Source of the DNA: Candidatus Hermodarchaeota archaeon
Lineage (GTDB): Archaea; Asgardarchaeota; Lokiarchaeia; Sigyniarchaeales; SOKP01
DNA length: 51,018 nucleotides
Direction: 5' to 3'
Assembly (NCBI GenBank): GCA_048885535.1
Contig: JBHLLO010000016.1
Coordinates: forward strand, 1-51,018
A model generated the notes under the pieces. It did not search any database, was not told where the DNA came from, and saw nothing but the letters and a program-made list of their open reading frames with translations. Within the stretch, counting starts at the first letter, position 1. Each line of letters begins with the position of its first letter. Shown piece after piece: positions 8,479 to 18,197 of the stretch. A program made the position numbers and the translations under genes.

Positions 8479-9234
8479 ATAATAGGTTGGATTTTACTTT
8501 TTAGCATTTTAGGGAGCTTAGGTGCTATTTCCACAGCGGCAAGTTTCATTTTATTAAGTGAAAAGATTCAAAAAATACTAGTATCTATCTTAATATCTTA
8601 TGCTATAGGTATATTACTTACGGCTTCTCTATTTGGATTAATCCCTGAAGCAATAGAGAGTTCAGGTGGAGAACCCCATTTTATAATGCTCTCTGTTTTG
8701 GGTGGTATTTTATTCTTCTTTATCATAGAAAAAATAATTATATGGCGGAATTGCCAACGTGATGAATGTGAAGTACATAGTGCAGCTGGACCTCTAGTTT
8801 TGATAGGAGATGCCTTTCATAATTTTACTGATGGAGTTGTTATAGCAGCAGCATTTTTAACTAATTTTTCGATTGGTATAGTCGTAGGAATTTCTGTATT
8901 AATCCATGAAATACCCCAGGAAACAGGAGATTTCGGAATCTTGCTTCATCAAGGATATTCAAGAAAGAAGGCACTACTGTTTAACGCTCTTTCTAGTATT
9001 TCAACCATTCCTTCTGCCATTATCAGCTATTATATATTAGATGTTTTTTCTGTAGCTGTGCCTTATTTATTAGCAATTTCTGCATCCAGTTTTATATACA
9101 TAGCATTAACAGATTTAACTCCAGAACTTCACCAAAAGACTGATATCAAGCATAGCATCCGTCAAATTCTTTTAATTTTTGTTGGCATTTTAACAATGGC
9201 ATCTATCATTATTTTAATTGGACACCCGCATTAA
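8479..9234 (+). CDS. ZIP family divalent metal transporter (start uncertain, frame open from 8467)
   Basis: GDAFHNFTDG, HEIPQETGDFG, DLTPE; ZIP-like TM1-TM2 (YAIGILL...LFGLIPEA) lie upstream of the first ATG at 8686. Confidence 0.85.
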   Translation: MIGWILLFSILGSLGAISTAASFILLSEKIQKILVSILISYAIGILLTASLFGLIPEAIESSGGEPHFIMLSVLGGILFFFIIEKIIIWRNCQRDECEVHSAAGPLVLIGDAFHNFTDGVVIAAAFLTNFSIGIVVGISVLIHEIPQETGDFGILLHQGYSRKKALLFNALSSISTIPSAIISYYILDVFSVAVPYLLAISASSFIYIALTDLTPELHQKTDIKHSIRQILLIFVGILTMASIIILIGHPH

Positions 9235-9267
9235 TTTGAAAAAAATAGCTTTATGAGGATCTAAACC

Positions 9268-9690
9268 ATGCGTGATATTGATTATAGGATATTAAGATAT
9301 TTAAGTGAAAACAAGAAGCAAAAAGTAGGAGATATCGCTAGGAAATTCAAATTAGCTCATTCTACAGTAGGAAGTTCTGTTAAAAGGTTAGAAGAAGAAG
9401 AATTAGTAGGATATGAGAGGTATCAATGGGTTGAACTAACCAAAAAGGGGAGAAATCTTGCAATTGAAATTTCAAGACATGCTCACTTACTTGAATTATT
9501 GCTCTATAATGAATTGGGGTTAACTACTCAACAAGCAAATAATGAAAGTAGGAAATTTAATTTATTATTTTCCTGTGAAACAATAAATAAAATCTGTGAA
9601 AAATATAATCATCCTAAAATTTGTCCATGTGGTGTTGAAATAAACAGTACTCCTGATTGTTTCTGTCAAGAAGATGCAAAAAATTCATAA
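9268..9690 (+). CDS. DtxR/MntR family metal-dependent regulator
   Basis: wHTH, YERYQWVELTKKG, HAHLLELLL, HPKICPCG. Confidence 0.85.
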   Translation: MRDIDYRILRYLSENKKQKVGDIARKFKLAHSTVGSSVKRLEEEELVGYERYQWVELTKKGRNLAIEISRHAHLLELLLYNELGLTTQQANNESRKFNLLFSCETINKICEKYNHPKICPCGVEINSTPDCFCQEDAKNS

Positions 9691-9701
9691 TATTAACATA
9701 T

Positions 9702-10169
9702 TTAGGATTGGATATAATTCTTTAAATTCCCATAATTCTCTATTTTATTGTATTTATTTTTGTTTGACTCAAAATGAACATAAATAAGAGAATTATCTAA
9801 ATTTGGAAATAAATTGAAGAGCTCTTGATCTCCATTCCTAATTGTTTTAAGAACTAAAGGCATGTGGTATTGAAATATTTTATACCTCATTCTTGCCCAA
9901 CCAAAAACTAAACCTCCACTTACATGAACATAAACATGTAATTCATATTGGTCCTGATCCTTTTTCCATTCAGCCATGACTTCGTCTCTCATAAAACGTG
10001 TATATAAACCTGATATTTGATCATAATCGTATTCACAATCAATTGTTAAATACAACTCTCCTGTACTATCTGAGTGAGTTAAGGTATATTTTCGAGGAAT
10101 GAAATCTTTGTCAGATTCTATAGATTCCTTACAACTTACATGTAATTTGTCCTTCTCTAAATAAGACAT
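9702..10169 (-). CDS. Stay-green (SGR, Mg-dechelatase-like) family protein
   Basis: PRKYTLTHSDSTGELYLTI, RDEVMAEW, LHVYVHVSGG, YVHFES. Confidence 0.9.
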   Translation of the reverse strand: MSYLEKDKLHVSCKESIESDKDFIPRKYTLTHSDSTGELYLTIDCEYDYDQISGLYTRFMRDEVMAEWKKDQDQYELHVYVHVSGGLVFGWARMRYKIFQYHMPLVLKTIRNGDQELFNLFPNLDNSLIYVHFESNKNKYNKIENYGNLKNYIQS

Positions 10170-10289
10170 TCTTTTAATCGTAATAAAACTATTAATTAGT
10201 TTTAAAAGTTGTTTTACATAATTGAAATTTACGTTTATTTTATATTAATCTTAACGTTATTCCAGCATAATTTTTATAAAAGAAAAAAA

Positions 10290-11117
10290 TTAAGTAAGAG
10301 TTTTTCTATTGAAAAGAAAAATCCCTACTATCAGAGTTAAAAAAAGGAAAGTAATAATCACGACTAAAGCTCCCCAAAGGGGAATATTTGTCACTCCAGC
10401 ATTAAAAATGTTATCTGAATTTGATAGAAGGGGATCAGTCCAAAGATTGTGACCTAAAACAACAACTTGTAAATAAAATTGATTTGCCCAGAATGGCGGA
10501 AACACATAAACAATCGGATTTTCGAAAGGTATCATAACTCCACTTAAAAATAGTACAGGCATAACATATACCATAGATATCCCTAACCCAGCTTCTATTG
10601 TTTTAGCATAAGCAGAAATAATAATTCCTAATCCTAGTGTTGAAAGCCCAAATATAAATATTATAATGAATCCAATTATTAATAAAGACAAATCCAGATG
10701 AAACACTCCTGTAGTAATATCATATCCCCATTTCAACCTTAATATTCCATAACCAACAATAAACATTATTATTAATTGAATCATTAAGAAAACTGACTCC
10801 GATAACAAAGTTCCGATAAAAATGTGTGATCTTTTACATGGGGTTGTATCAATTCTAACCAAAGTACCTGTTTGCTTTTCAGAGCAAAAAACTACAGCAG
10901 TATTTATTGTTCCAAATGAAGCTGTGTAAATCAGCAATCCTGATATTGAAAGTGTGAAAATAGAAACTCCAGATATAATCTCCTGCGAACCAAATATAAA
11001 GTAAAAGACAAATGTAAATATCAAAGGAAAGCCAAATGAAAAGAAATAGGTTTGACGCTGTCGCAACCTTATTTTTAAATTTTTAATTGCAATATCTATA
11101 ATAGACTGAATCTTCAT
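10290..11117 (-). CDS. ABC-2 type exporter permease
   Basis: FFSFGFPL, EKQTGTL.R..TTP, FLSGVMIP; 6 TM helices; overlaps the ATPase stop. Confidence 0.9.
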   Translation of the reverse strand: MKIQSIIDIAIKNLKIRLRQRQTYFFSFGFPLIFTFVFYFIFGSQEIISGVSIFTLSISGLLIYTASFGTINTAVVFCSEKQTGTLVRIDTTPCKRSHIFIGTLLSESVFLMIQLIIMFIVGYGILRLKWGYDITTGVFHLDLSLLIIGFIIIFIFGLSTLGLGIIISAYAKTIEAGLGISMVYVMPVLFLSGVMIPFENPIVYVFPPFWANQFYLQVVVLGHNLWTDPLLSNSDNIFNAGVTNIPLWGALVVIITFLFLTLIVGIFLFNRKTLT

Positions 11118-12064
11118 TAATCCCTTAACCTCCTTCCAGTTAATTTTAAGAATACATCTTCAAGACTATTCTGCCTTAATCTCATATATTCAAGCTCGCT
11201 CACATCAGTTATTATCTTTTGGTTCAAAATTTTTACAAAGTTAACGATTGTTCCATCAAAGTGAACATTTAGGCTCATATCAGCATTTATAATAACCTCT
11301 CTCACAAAATCTAAATCTGTGAGCATTTCCTTTAATTTAGGTCCCAAGAAGTTATCTTTATATTTAATTTCTAATATATTATGTTCGCTATATTTGTCTT
11401 TTAGCTCATTTGGCGAACCTTCAGCAATAATTTTACCATTATCAATAATCAGAACTCTATCGCTCAATATTTCAGCTTCAAACATATCATGTGTAGTTAA
11501 AATGATGGTTTTTCCTTCTTTCTTCATGTTTTTAATAATATCCCATATAATAATCCTGGATTGAGGGTCTAAACCTGCTGTAGGCTCGTCTAAAAATAGT
11601 ATCTGAGTATCCATTATTGCACATACCCCAAAATTTAATCTCCTTTTCATACCCCCTGAAAAATTTTTTACTTTATCATTTCTTTTTGCAAGACCAAGAG
11701 TACTAAGAATATTCTCCGATTCATATTTTAATTTATCTTTAGGTATATTATGCATTTTACCAAAAAAGAGAAGATTCTCTTTCCCAGATAAATCTTCATA
11801 AAGAACTAATTCTTGAGGTGCTATGCTGATTAACTTTCGGATCTCCTTTTTATCCTTTTGAATATCATATCCATTTATACGAGCTGTTCCATTATTAGGT
11901 TTTAGTATTGTTGTTAACATCTTGATTGTTGTTGATTTACCAGCACCATTAGGACCAAGCAAGCTGAGTAATTCACCTTGATGAATTCTAAGGTTAAGGT
12001 TATCCACAGCGATTCTCTCATTAAAAAATTTGGTTAAATTTTCAGTTTCAATAATTATACTCAT
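11117..12064 (-). CDS. ABC exporter ATP-binding protein (DrrA-like)
   Basis: GPNGAGKS, FSGGMKRR, LFLDEPT, LTTH, SLEDVF. Confidence 0.95.
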   Translation of the reverse strand: MSIIIETENLTKFFNERIAVDNLNLRIHQGELLSLLGPNGAGKSTTIKMLTTILKPNNGTARINGYDIQKDKKEIRKLISIAPQELVLYEDLSGKENLLFFGKMHNIPKDKLKYESENILSTLGLAKRNDKVKNFSGGMKRRLNFGVCAIMDTQILFLDEPTAGLDPQSRIIIWDIIKNMKKEGKTIILTTHDMFEAEILSDRVLIIDNGKIIAEGSPNELKDKYSEHNILEIKYKDNFLGPKLKEMLTDLDFVREVIINADMSLNVHFDGTIVNFVKILNQKIITDVSELEYMRLRQNSLEDVFLKLTGRRLRD

Positions 12065-12132
12065 TCTAAAACCACCAAATTGTTTAATTAATGAATATTC
12101 TTGAGTAAATTTTAATCCATTAGTGAAGAGAG

Positions 12133-12158
12133 TTTTAGTAAAAATTTCTTTACTAAAA
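12133..12158. promoter_or_regulatory. Perfect inverted repeat TTTTAGTAAA-N6-TTTACTAAAA upstream of the ABC operon
   Basis: 10-bp arms about 70 nt upstream of the ATPase start. Confidence 0.5.
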
Positions 12159-12215
12159 TTTTTAAGAAGAAACAGACGCTTACTACTTAATTATAAGGAA
12201 GAATCATTAAGAACC

Positions 12216-12707
12216 TTAGGATTTTTTTCTTAAAGTCCACACAATTACATAATTTATAGAAGAAATAACAGCAATTACAATTTGAACTAATATAACCGTT
12301 AAATTTCCAAGATTTAAGCTTATTATAAGAGGTATTAATGTTGAAGCGCTAACCCAACAGATTACAGTAATACAATAAGCATATAAAAATTTCTTTTTAT
12401 ATTTTGAAATCCTAATTGATTGATCAGTTTTACTCAGTAAATTCACAGCCGCCTCTCCAATTTCAGATAATTTATACTTATTTTCTTTTTGATATAACAT
12501 GGATTGCAAACTTTTTAGATGATAAGAAAGGGTTGGACTATCAATAGGATCTAAGTGGGATTTGATTTCTGTAAAACTTAATGTTCTATTGCCCACAATT
12601 TTAAGAATGTCTCTTCTAATTTTATGATTTAGAGATTTGAAAATCTCTTCCTCGTCTTCTACAGCACCTTTCTTTTGTTCCTCATTCCTTTTGGTACTAT
12701 CTGACAT
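12216..12707 (-). CDS. Winged-HTH (ArsR-like) regulator with two C-terminal TM helices
   Basis: IFKSLNHKIRRDIL, LSYHLKSL, YKLSEIG, then two hydrophobic segments. Confidence 0.8.
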   Translation of the reverse strand: MSDSTKRNEEQKKGAVEDEEEIFKSLNHKIRRDILKIVGNRTLSFTEIKSHLDPIDSPTLSYHLKSLQSMLYQKENKYKLSEIGEAAVNLLSKTDQSIRISKYKKKFLYAYCITVICWVSASTLIPLIISLNLGNLTVILVQIVIAVISSINYVIVWTLRKKS

Positions 12708-12897
12708 TTTATCTCTCAAGCTACCATATCCAGAACATTATATAATATAATTACATTCAGAAAATTAAATATTAGTGAATGTAAGATGATTAATGAATTT
12801 TCAAAAATACGAATATTTAAATACATAAATGAATATTAATTTTTACAGTAAAAAATTTTACGGTAAAAGAATTTTTTACTAATATTGGTGATATATT

Positions 12898-13302
12898 ATG
12901 ACCAAAAAAAAAGTAGATAAAAAACCCATTTTCGATAAAGTCGGTCTAGTATTTCGAAGCCCTGTAAGAGTAGATATTATGAAACAACTCTCTGAAAAAG
13001 CCCAAAAACCAATAGAAATTGCTGACAATATTGGAATTCAAAAACAAAATTTAAATTATCACCTAAATGCCCTTAAAAAAGGTGGTTTAGTCCAAACACA
13101 TAAAGAAGAATTATTAGAAAAGGAATTCAAAGCAGAGAGAGGCTTAAAAATAAATGGTGTAAGTGAGAAAGGGAAACTTAAAATCTCTCAAGGGGTTGAG
13201 TTAACCAAAAATGGAAAGAGTATAGTTAATAAATTCATAGAACCTCTTTATGAGAACGAAGGAAAAGAATATGGTAAAAACAAAAAAATGGAGGATGATT
13301 AA
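12898..13302 (+). CDS. ArsR-like winged-HTH regulator
   Basis: PVRVDIM..L, EIADNIGIQKQNLNYHL..LKKGGLV, LTKNG; GGTGA RBS. Confidence 0.8.
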   Translation: MTKKKVDKKPIFDKVGLVFRSPVRVDIMKQLSEKAQKPIEIADNIGIQKQNLNYHLNALKKGGLVQTHKEELLEKEFKAERGLKINGVSEKGKLKISQGVELTKNGKSIVNKFIEPLYENEGKEYGKNKKMEDD

Positions 13303-13304
13303 TT

Positions 13305-14360
13305 TTGAAAAGTGAAAGTATTAAGATAATTGTATCAATTTTTGAGAATCCATTAGGATTTCTTAAATTAGGCACTCCTCAAGTTTATGAAAATATGACA
13401 GTTATACCCATCATTATTCAAGAAGATAAGTTTATCGATTTTATTAGTATTAAAGAAGCAGAAGAATCAGATTTAGTTGAAATCATAGAAACGGAAGCAG
13501 TTAGCCAATTAGAAGTGATAAATAAAAGTGATAAGCAAATATTAATCCCATTTGGAATGACTGTTCATGGTGGAAAGCAAGATCGAACAATCTGGGAACC
13601 AATTTTACTTCCCGTTGGAGGAAAACAACATGTATTTAAGAGCAATCCAGGAAGAACAGGAAATCCGGGAGGATCAAATAAAAAGTATGTTATTCCCGCT
13701 AAATGCGTCGAACAATCACGATGGACCTATACTAAAGGTAAGAATTTCAAATCATCAAACATAAGGATTCATCCAAATGTTGCTTTTGAGGCAATTTCTA
13801 AAGCAGGTCAAGGAGCGGTATGGGGAGAAATCCAGTCACATCGAACTGAAATGAAATATGCTATGAACGCAGCACCTACCCAAAGTTATCTCGAAATGAC
13901 AAGAATTTCTGAAAGAAATACGGAAAAAATTGTAAAAAATTTTAAGAATATTGAAAATCAATGTGGTATAGCGGTATTTATAAACGGAGAATTTATAGGA
14001 ATTGAATTTTATGCCAATCCAAATGCATGGAAATACATGAGTGAAGATATCTTTAAAGCTTTTGCTATCGAAGCATTAAGATTTAAAAATAAGCCTGCCA
14101 AAAAGAGTTCAATTGAATATCATGATACATTTCTCTCGATACTTCAAAATTTAAATTGTAATTTCTCCACCAGAGAAGCTATTGGTGTTGGGAATGTGAT
14201 TGAATTTAATACTAAGGATAATAAGTGGAGAGGTATAGCTTTAGTACATAATGGAACAATAATACAATTCTATTTTGTTTCAAAACGGGGCGGATACAAT
14301 GTTCAAAAAAATTCTCGAATTCAGTTTCAAACTAATATTAATCAAAGATATACAGTATAG
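13305..14360 (+). CDS. ARPP-1 / DUF6569 family protein
   Basis: V..LEVINKS...ILIP.G....GGKQDR, CVEQSRW, QGAVW, QCGIAVFING. Confidence 0.75.
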   Translation: MKSESIKIIVSIFENPLGFLKLGTPQVYENMTVIPIIIQEDKFIDFISIKEAEESDLVEIIETEAVSQLEVINKSDKQILIPFGMTVHGGKQDRTIWEPILLPVGGKQHVFKSNPGRTGNPGGSNKKYVIPAKCVEQSRWTYTKGKNFKSSNIRIHPNVAFEAISKAGQGAVWGEIQSHRTEMKYAMNAAPTQSYLEMTRISERNTEKIVKNFKNIENQCGIAVFINGEFIGIEFYANPNAWKYMSEDIFKAFAIEALRFKNKPAKKSSIEYHDTFLSILQNLNCNFSTREAIGVGNVIEFNTKDNKWRGIALVHNGTIIQFYFVSKRGGYNVQKNSRIQFQTNINQRYTV

Positions 14361-14370
14361 AGTTAAAAAC

Positions 14371-14398
14371 AGAATTTGAGAATTCTTTTTTTTTTTTT
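14371..14398 (+). terminator. Short hairpin followed by a T13 run
   Basis: AGAATT-tgag-AATTCT then oligo-T, 10 nt after the stop. Confidence 0.6.
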
Positions 14399-14438
14399 CT
14401 AATTTTTGTAAAAATTACTTTTTAAAGATTACTAAAAA

Positions 14439-14852
14439 TTAAAAGGAAGATATTTTTTTCAATTGTTCTTCAGGGACTTTCTCTGTTACAACTTCAAAAA
14501 GCTCTAAAAGTACATGATCAGGACCCTCAGCCATAACATATTTCAAAACACCTAAACTTTTTATTGATTTTCTGAATTCAAATCCTTTACTTTTCATGTG
14601 ATCGACAAGAGCTTCGAGATTATCTGTTTCGATCCCTAGATGATGTACAGCCCCTTTACCTGTATCTTTAGGAGGTTGGTCATAAAAATTAATTCTTGAT
14701 GTACCGATAGAAATCATAACATTACGAGCACCAGCCACTTCTAAGTCAAAAAGCATTTCAGCTCCAAACATATCACTATAAAATTGTATGCTCTCATCTA
14801 TATTTGAAGCAAATAAATGAGCATGATGTAAATTTGTTTTAATACTTTTCAT
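14439..14852 (-). CDS. VOC/glyoxalase family protein
   Basis: LHHAHL, FY...FG, HHLGIE, GPD.VLLELFE. Confidence 0.85.
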   Translation of the reverse strand: MKSIKTNLHHAHLFASNIDESIQFYSDMFGAEMLFDLEVAGARNVMISIGTSRINFYDQPPKDTGKGAVHHLGIETDNLEALVDHMKSKGFEFRKSIKSLGVLKYVMAEGPDHVLLELFEVVTEKVPEEQLKKISSF

Positions 14853-14934
14853 TTTATTTCATATATTGACTATTTTAATAATTAAATTAGGATTATGAAT
14901 ACTTAGATCACTTTAAATATTTTCTTTAGAAGGA

Positions 14935-15195
14935 ATGGAAGAATTCAACAGAATTAATAAGAAGGTCAGAAATATAGGACTTATTGCTATTGTTATAGCA
15001 ATAGTGGTACTTATAATTTGGGTTATCCTTTTTATTCTCTCAAAGGGGAATCGACTTGAATTTATGTTAGCAATAGCGATAGCTCTATTTCTTGCAGGAT
15101 TGTTAATAGTCACAAGAATCCAGTATATAATTTGGGTAAGTAAAAATTTATCGAAGGAAAGAAATCTATTTCAAAAACTTTTTCTTATAATCTAG
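14935..15195 (+). CDS. Small two-TM membrane protein
   Basis: Two hydrophobic helices; co-oriented with the HAD gene. Confidence 0.6.
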   Translation: MEEFNRINKKVRNIGLIAIVIAIVVLIIWVILFILSKGNRLEFMLAIAIALFLAGLLIVTRIQYIIWVSKNLSKERNLFQKLFLII

Positions 15196-15213
15196 ATTTT
15201 GTAATATCTAATT

Positions 15214-15981
15214 ATGCCCTTAAAAACTTCCGATATTTACCTGTTTTTTGATGATGGTGGTGTTTTGAATGATAACCAGATTCGAGGAGAGCAATGGCAA
15301 AAACTAGTTGGCATTTATTTATCACCAAGATTTGGTGGAGATCCTGAACTATGGGCTAAAGCTAATGTAGAATTCATAAAGGATTTTGCAGGTAAAGAAG
15401 TACCCAAATTAGTATGGGAACATAGAGAAAAATCATACTATGAATTTTTAGAATGGTTTATTGAAAAATGGGTAAATGATATGTTTGATTATATGGGTAT
15501 AAATCGACCAGAAAGAAATAAATATAAACAAATATATTATGGAGCAGCTAAATTTGTAGATTCAAGAATAAAGGCTGCATTTCCAGGAGTTATCAAAAGT
15601 ATCGAAAATCTCTATAATAAAGGATATAACTTATGCACTTCATCAGGAATGGAGTCAATTGAATTAAAGCTTTATTTAGAAGGTATGGGAATTAAGCAAT
15701 ACTTTAAAGCATTTTATGGTCCAGACTTAGTTAATATTCTTAAGATTGATGATAAATTCTACCGCGCAATTTTTACGGACCTGAATGTAACTCCAGAACA
15801 ATCAATAGTGATTGATGATAAACCATTTTACCTTAAACATGCAGAAAAATTAGGAGCTATTGTAATTCAGGCATGCTTGACTGGAGAATATACTTCACAA
15901 TTCCCATATATTATAACTCATATGAGTGAGCTCCCCGTGCTTATTGAAGAAGTTATTGGGGATAATTTTAACGTTGGATAG
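15214..15981 (+). CDS. HAD superfamily hydrolase
   Basis: FFDDGGVL motif I, TSSG, K, VIDD. Confidence 0.85.
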   Translation: MPLKTSDIYLFFDDGGVLNDNQIRGEQWQKLVGIYLSPRFGGDPELWAKANVEFIKDFAGKEVPKLVWEHREKSYYEFLEWFIEKWVNDMFDYMGINRPERNKYKQIYYGAAKFVDSRIKAAFPGVIKSIENLYNKGYNLCTSSGMESIELKLYLEGMGIKQYFKAFYGPDLVNILKIDDKFYRAIFTDLNVTPEQSIVIDDKPFYLKHAEKLGAIVIQACLTGEYTSQFPYIITHMSELPVLIEEVIGDNFNVG

Positions 15982-16106
15982 TTATACTAGTTTGAAAGAT
16001 TACAATTATATTTGTAATGTTGATTACTTACGAAAGTAAAAGTATTAATCTATTTGTTGGTTAAACTTTGTTTATTAGGCTCTCAAAATTAAATAAATTT
16101 ATTGAT

Positions 16107-16544
16107 ATGAATGATTTAATTAAAACTATGGAAACTCTGAAAATATATACAGACGGTGCAGCACGTGGTAATCCAGGTCCTGGTGCTAGCGCTTTTCTAT
16201 TTGTTCATAATAATAAAATTATTCATCAAGGAGTCAATTTTATTGGGACAGTTACTAATAATCAAGCAGAATACCAAGCAATAATTAATGCATTAAAAGC
16301 TGTTAGACAATTCCAAACAAGACATATCCAGATTTATTCTGATAGTAATTTAGTAATTCAACAAATTAATCGAAAATGGAAAATTAATGTCCCACATTTA
16401 CAAAAATTGAATAATCAGGTCTCTCAACTCAAACAGAATTTTGAAAAAGTTGAATTTCTCTACGTTAGAAGGAACAATCCATATATTCAAAAATGTGATG
16501 CCTTATGTAATGAAAAATTAGATAGTGAGGGCATTAGAATTTAA
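16107..16544 (+). CDS. rnhA: Ribonuclease HI family protein (start 16107 or 16128)
   Basis: YTDGAARGNPG, TNNQAEY, YSDS.LV..Q, V.R..N...D. Confidence 0.9.
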   Translation: MNDLIKTMETLKIYTDGAARGNPGPGASAFLFVHNNKIIHQGVNFIGTVTNNQAEYQAIINALKAVRQFQTRHIQIYSDSNLVIQQINRKWKINVPHLQKLNNQVSQLKQNFEKVEFLYVRRNNPYIQKCDALCNEKLDSEGIRI

Positions 16545-16571
16545 GATTCAATAATTTATTAAGTGATTTTT

Positions 16572-17087
16572 ATGAATTTACTTAAAGAACTTAACAAACA
16601 AGAATTAAAGGAACTTCTAGTAAAATGTTGGATGACCCATGATGGCTCATGGTTCTATAATTCTGTAAAAGAATTCGGTATTGATACTGCTAATAAGTTA
16701 AATAAAGGAGCTATTACAAATCTAGCTCCATTTGAAATTAATCGAATTAAAAAAGCTATGGGAATGGAGAATGCTAAAATAACAACTTTTGAACAACTTA
16801 AAAAGTTCATAGATGCTGCATTTAGTGTATTAAAGGGAGATTTCATGAAATTTACATATACATTCTCTGAAAAAAATCACCTTCATTGGGAAATGAGCAC
16901 ATGCTTTGCTTTTGAAGGTATGAAACTTATTGGGATCACAGATAATTATGAATGTGGAGTAATATTTCGTGTTTGTTGTTGGTTGGACACTTTAGGAATT
17001 AAATATAAAATTGAACCCGAAATTAATAAATGTTTACTCTATTCTCAAGAGAAATGTACAGGAGATATAAAATTTAATTTAAAATAA
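16572..17087 (+). CDS. DUF6125-like protein, copy 3
   Basis: CWMTHDGSWF, CFAFEG, YECGVI; clearly paralogous to 6592-7125. Confidence 0.75.
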   Translation: MNLLKELNKQELKELLVKCWMTHDGSWFYNSVKEFGIDTANKLNKGAITNLAPFEINRIKKAMGMENAKITTFEQLKKFIDAAFSVLKGDFMKFTYTFSEKNHLHWEMSTCFAFEGMKLIGITDNYECGVIFRVCCWLDTLGIKYKIEPEINKCLLYSQEKCTGDIKFNLK

Positions 17088-17103
17088 TTTGTCATTTGTT
17101 TAA

Positions 17104-18036
17104 TTATTCTACAAATGCATAACTCTGTATTAAAAAGTCAGAAGGATCTACTGGTAATTCTCCGATCATCCACCCTTGAGCAGTCGTTTCACATATCCAG
17201 TATTGATTCGCATCTTCTGATGCATTCAAATAATAGCTGGGAGGATAACTTGAATGATGAGTAGGTGTAAAGTCCAGATGAACCCCCACGACTGCATGTC
17301 CAAGCCATTCACCATCCATAAAAACAAGAACGCAAATAATAACCGCTTCAAAACCTAAACACTCTACTAAAGAGCCAAAAAAGATTGATAAATCTTCACA
17401 ATCACCTTGATCAATCAAAGTTTCTAAGGGATAAGAAGCCCTATCAAATAGCTCAGATTTATAATTTATACCCTGTGTGAAACTTAGAAGTGCATTTAAT
17501 AGTTCTTCCTCATCACTTGGGTTGAAACATTGGGATCTCACTTCCTGAGCAATTTTTAATAACTCTTGTTCATTTGGAGTACAGTAGGAAGCAATAGTAG
17601 TTGCTACATAATCCCAATCAGTACTTGCATGAGATGGATGAGGTTGAGTATTATAATAATTGTATGTAGCACGAGGAATCATACAATTATAGGACTTTGA
17701 TGTTGTTCCATAATTCACATAGTAAGATATTCTCCTAATCTGATAACTTGAATAAAATGTGATTACCGGAATTAGAATCCCTGCTAATACAACTGAGGAA
17801 ACAATGATGATTATAGCAATCTTTTTCTTTGTGAACCATTTTCTCTTTTTTTCTAAGGTACCATTCTTTATATCTAACTGCGTGTCGATATTATTAGTAC
17901 TTACTTTAACAACTAATTGAGGTTCTGCTTGTTCAGAAGGAGAAATAGGTGTTGGATAAAATAATTTCCCACAGTAAGGGCACACTCTCCAATGAGATTG
18001 TAGGGGTTTTCCACAATTAGTACAGAATTTTGGCAT
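17104..18036 (-). CDS. Zinc-ribbon + TM + transglutaminase-like domain protein
   Basis: FCTNCG..CPYCG, single TM helix, YPLETL..GDCED, GHA, ICETT. Confidence 0.8.
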   Translation of the reverse strand: MPKFCTNCGKPLQSHWRVCPYCGKLFYPTPISPSEQAEPQLVVKVSTNNIDTQLDIKNGTLEKKRKWFTKKKIAIIIIVSSVVLAGILIPVITFYSSYQIRRISYYVNYGTTSKSYNCMIPRATYNYYNTQPHPSHASTDWDYVATTIASYCTPNEQELLKIAQEVRSQCFNPSDEEELLNALLSFTQGINYKSELFDRASYPLETLIDQGDCEDLSIFFGSLVECLGFEAVIICVLVFMDGEWLGHAVVGVHLDFTPTHHSSYPPSYYLNASEDANQYWICETTAQGWMIGELPVDPSDFLIQSYAFVE

Positions 18037-18197
18037 TTGATACTAAATACTCCAACTTTCAATGGATTTTGATTAATTAATAATCAATAACAATTTTATA
18101 ATTTTGTATTTTAAAAAAAACATGTTCGCATTTAGCTTTAAATCAGTTTGGTTATTTATAAACTTAAAAAATTCTATTCAGGAGAGTTGAAAAAAAT

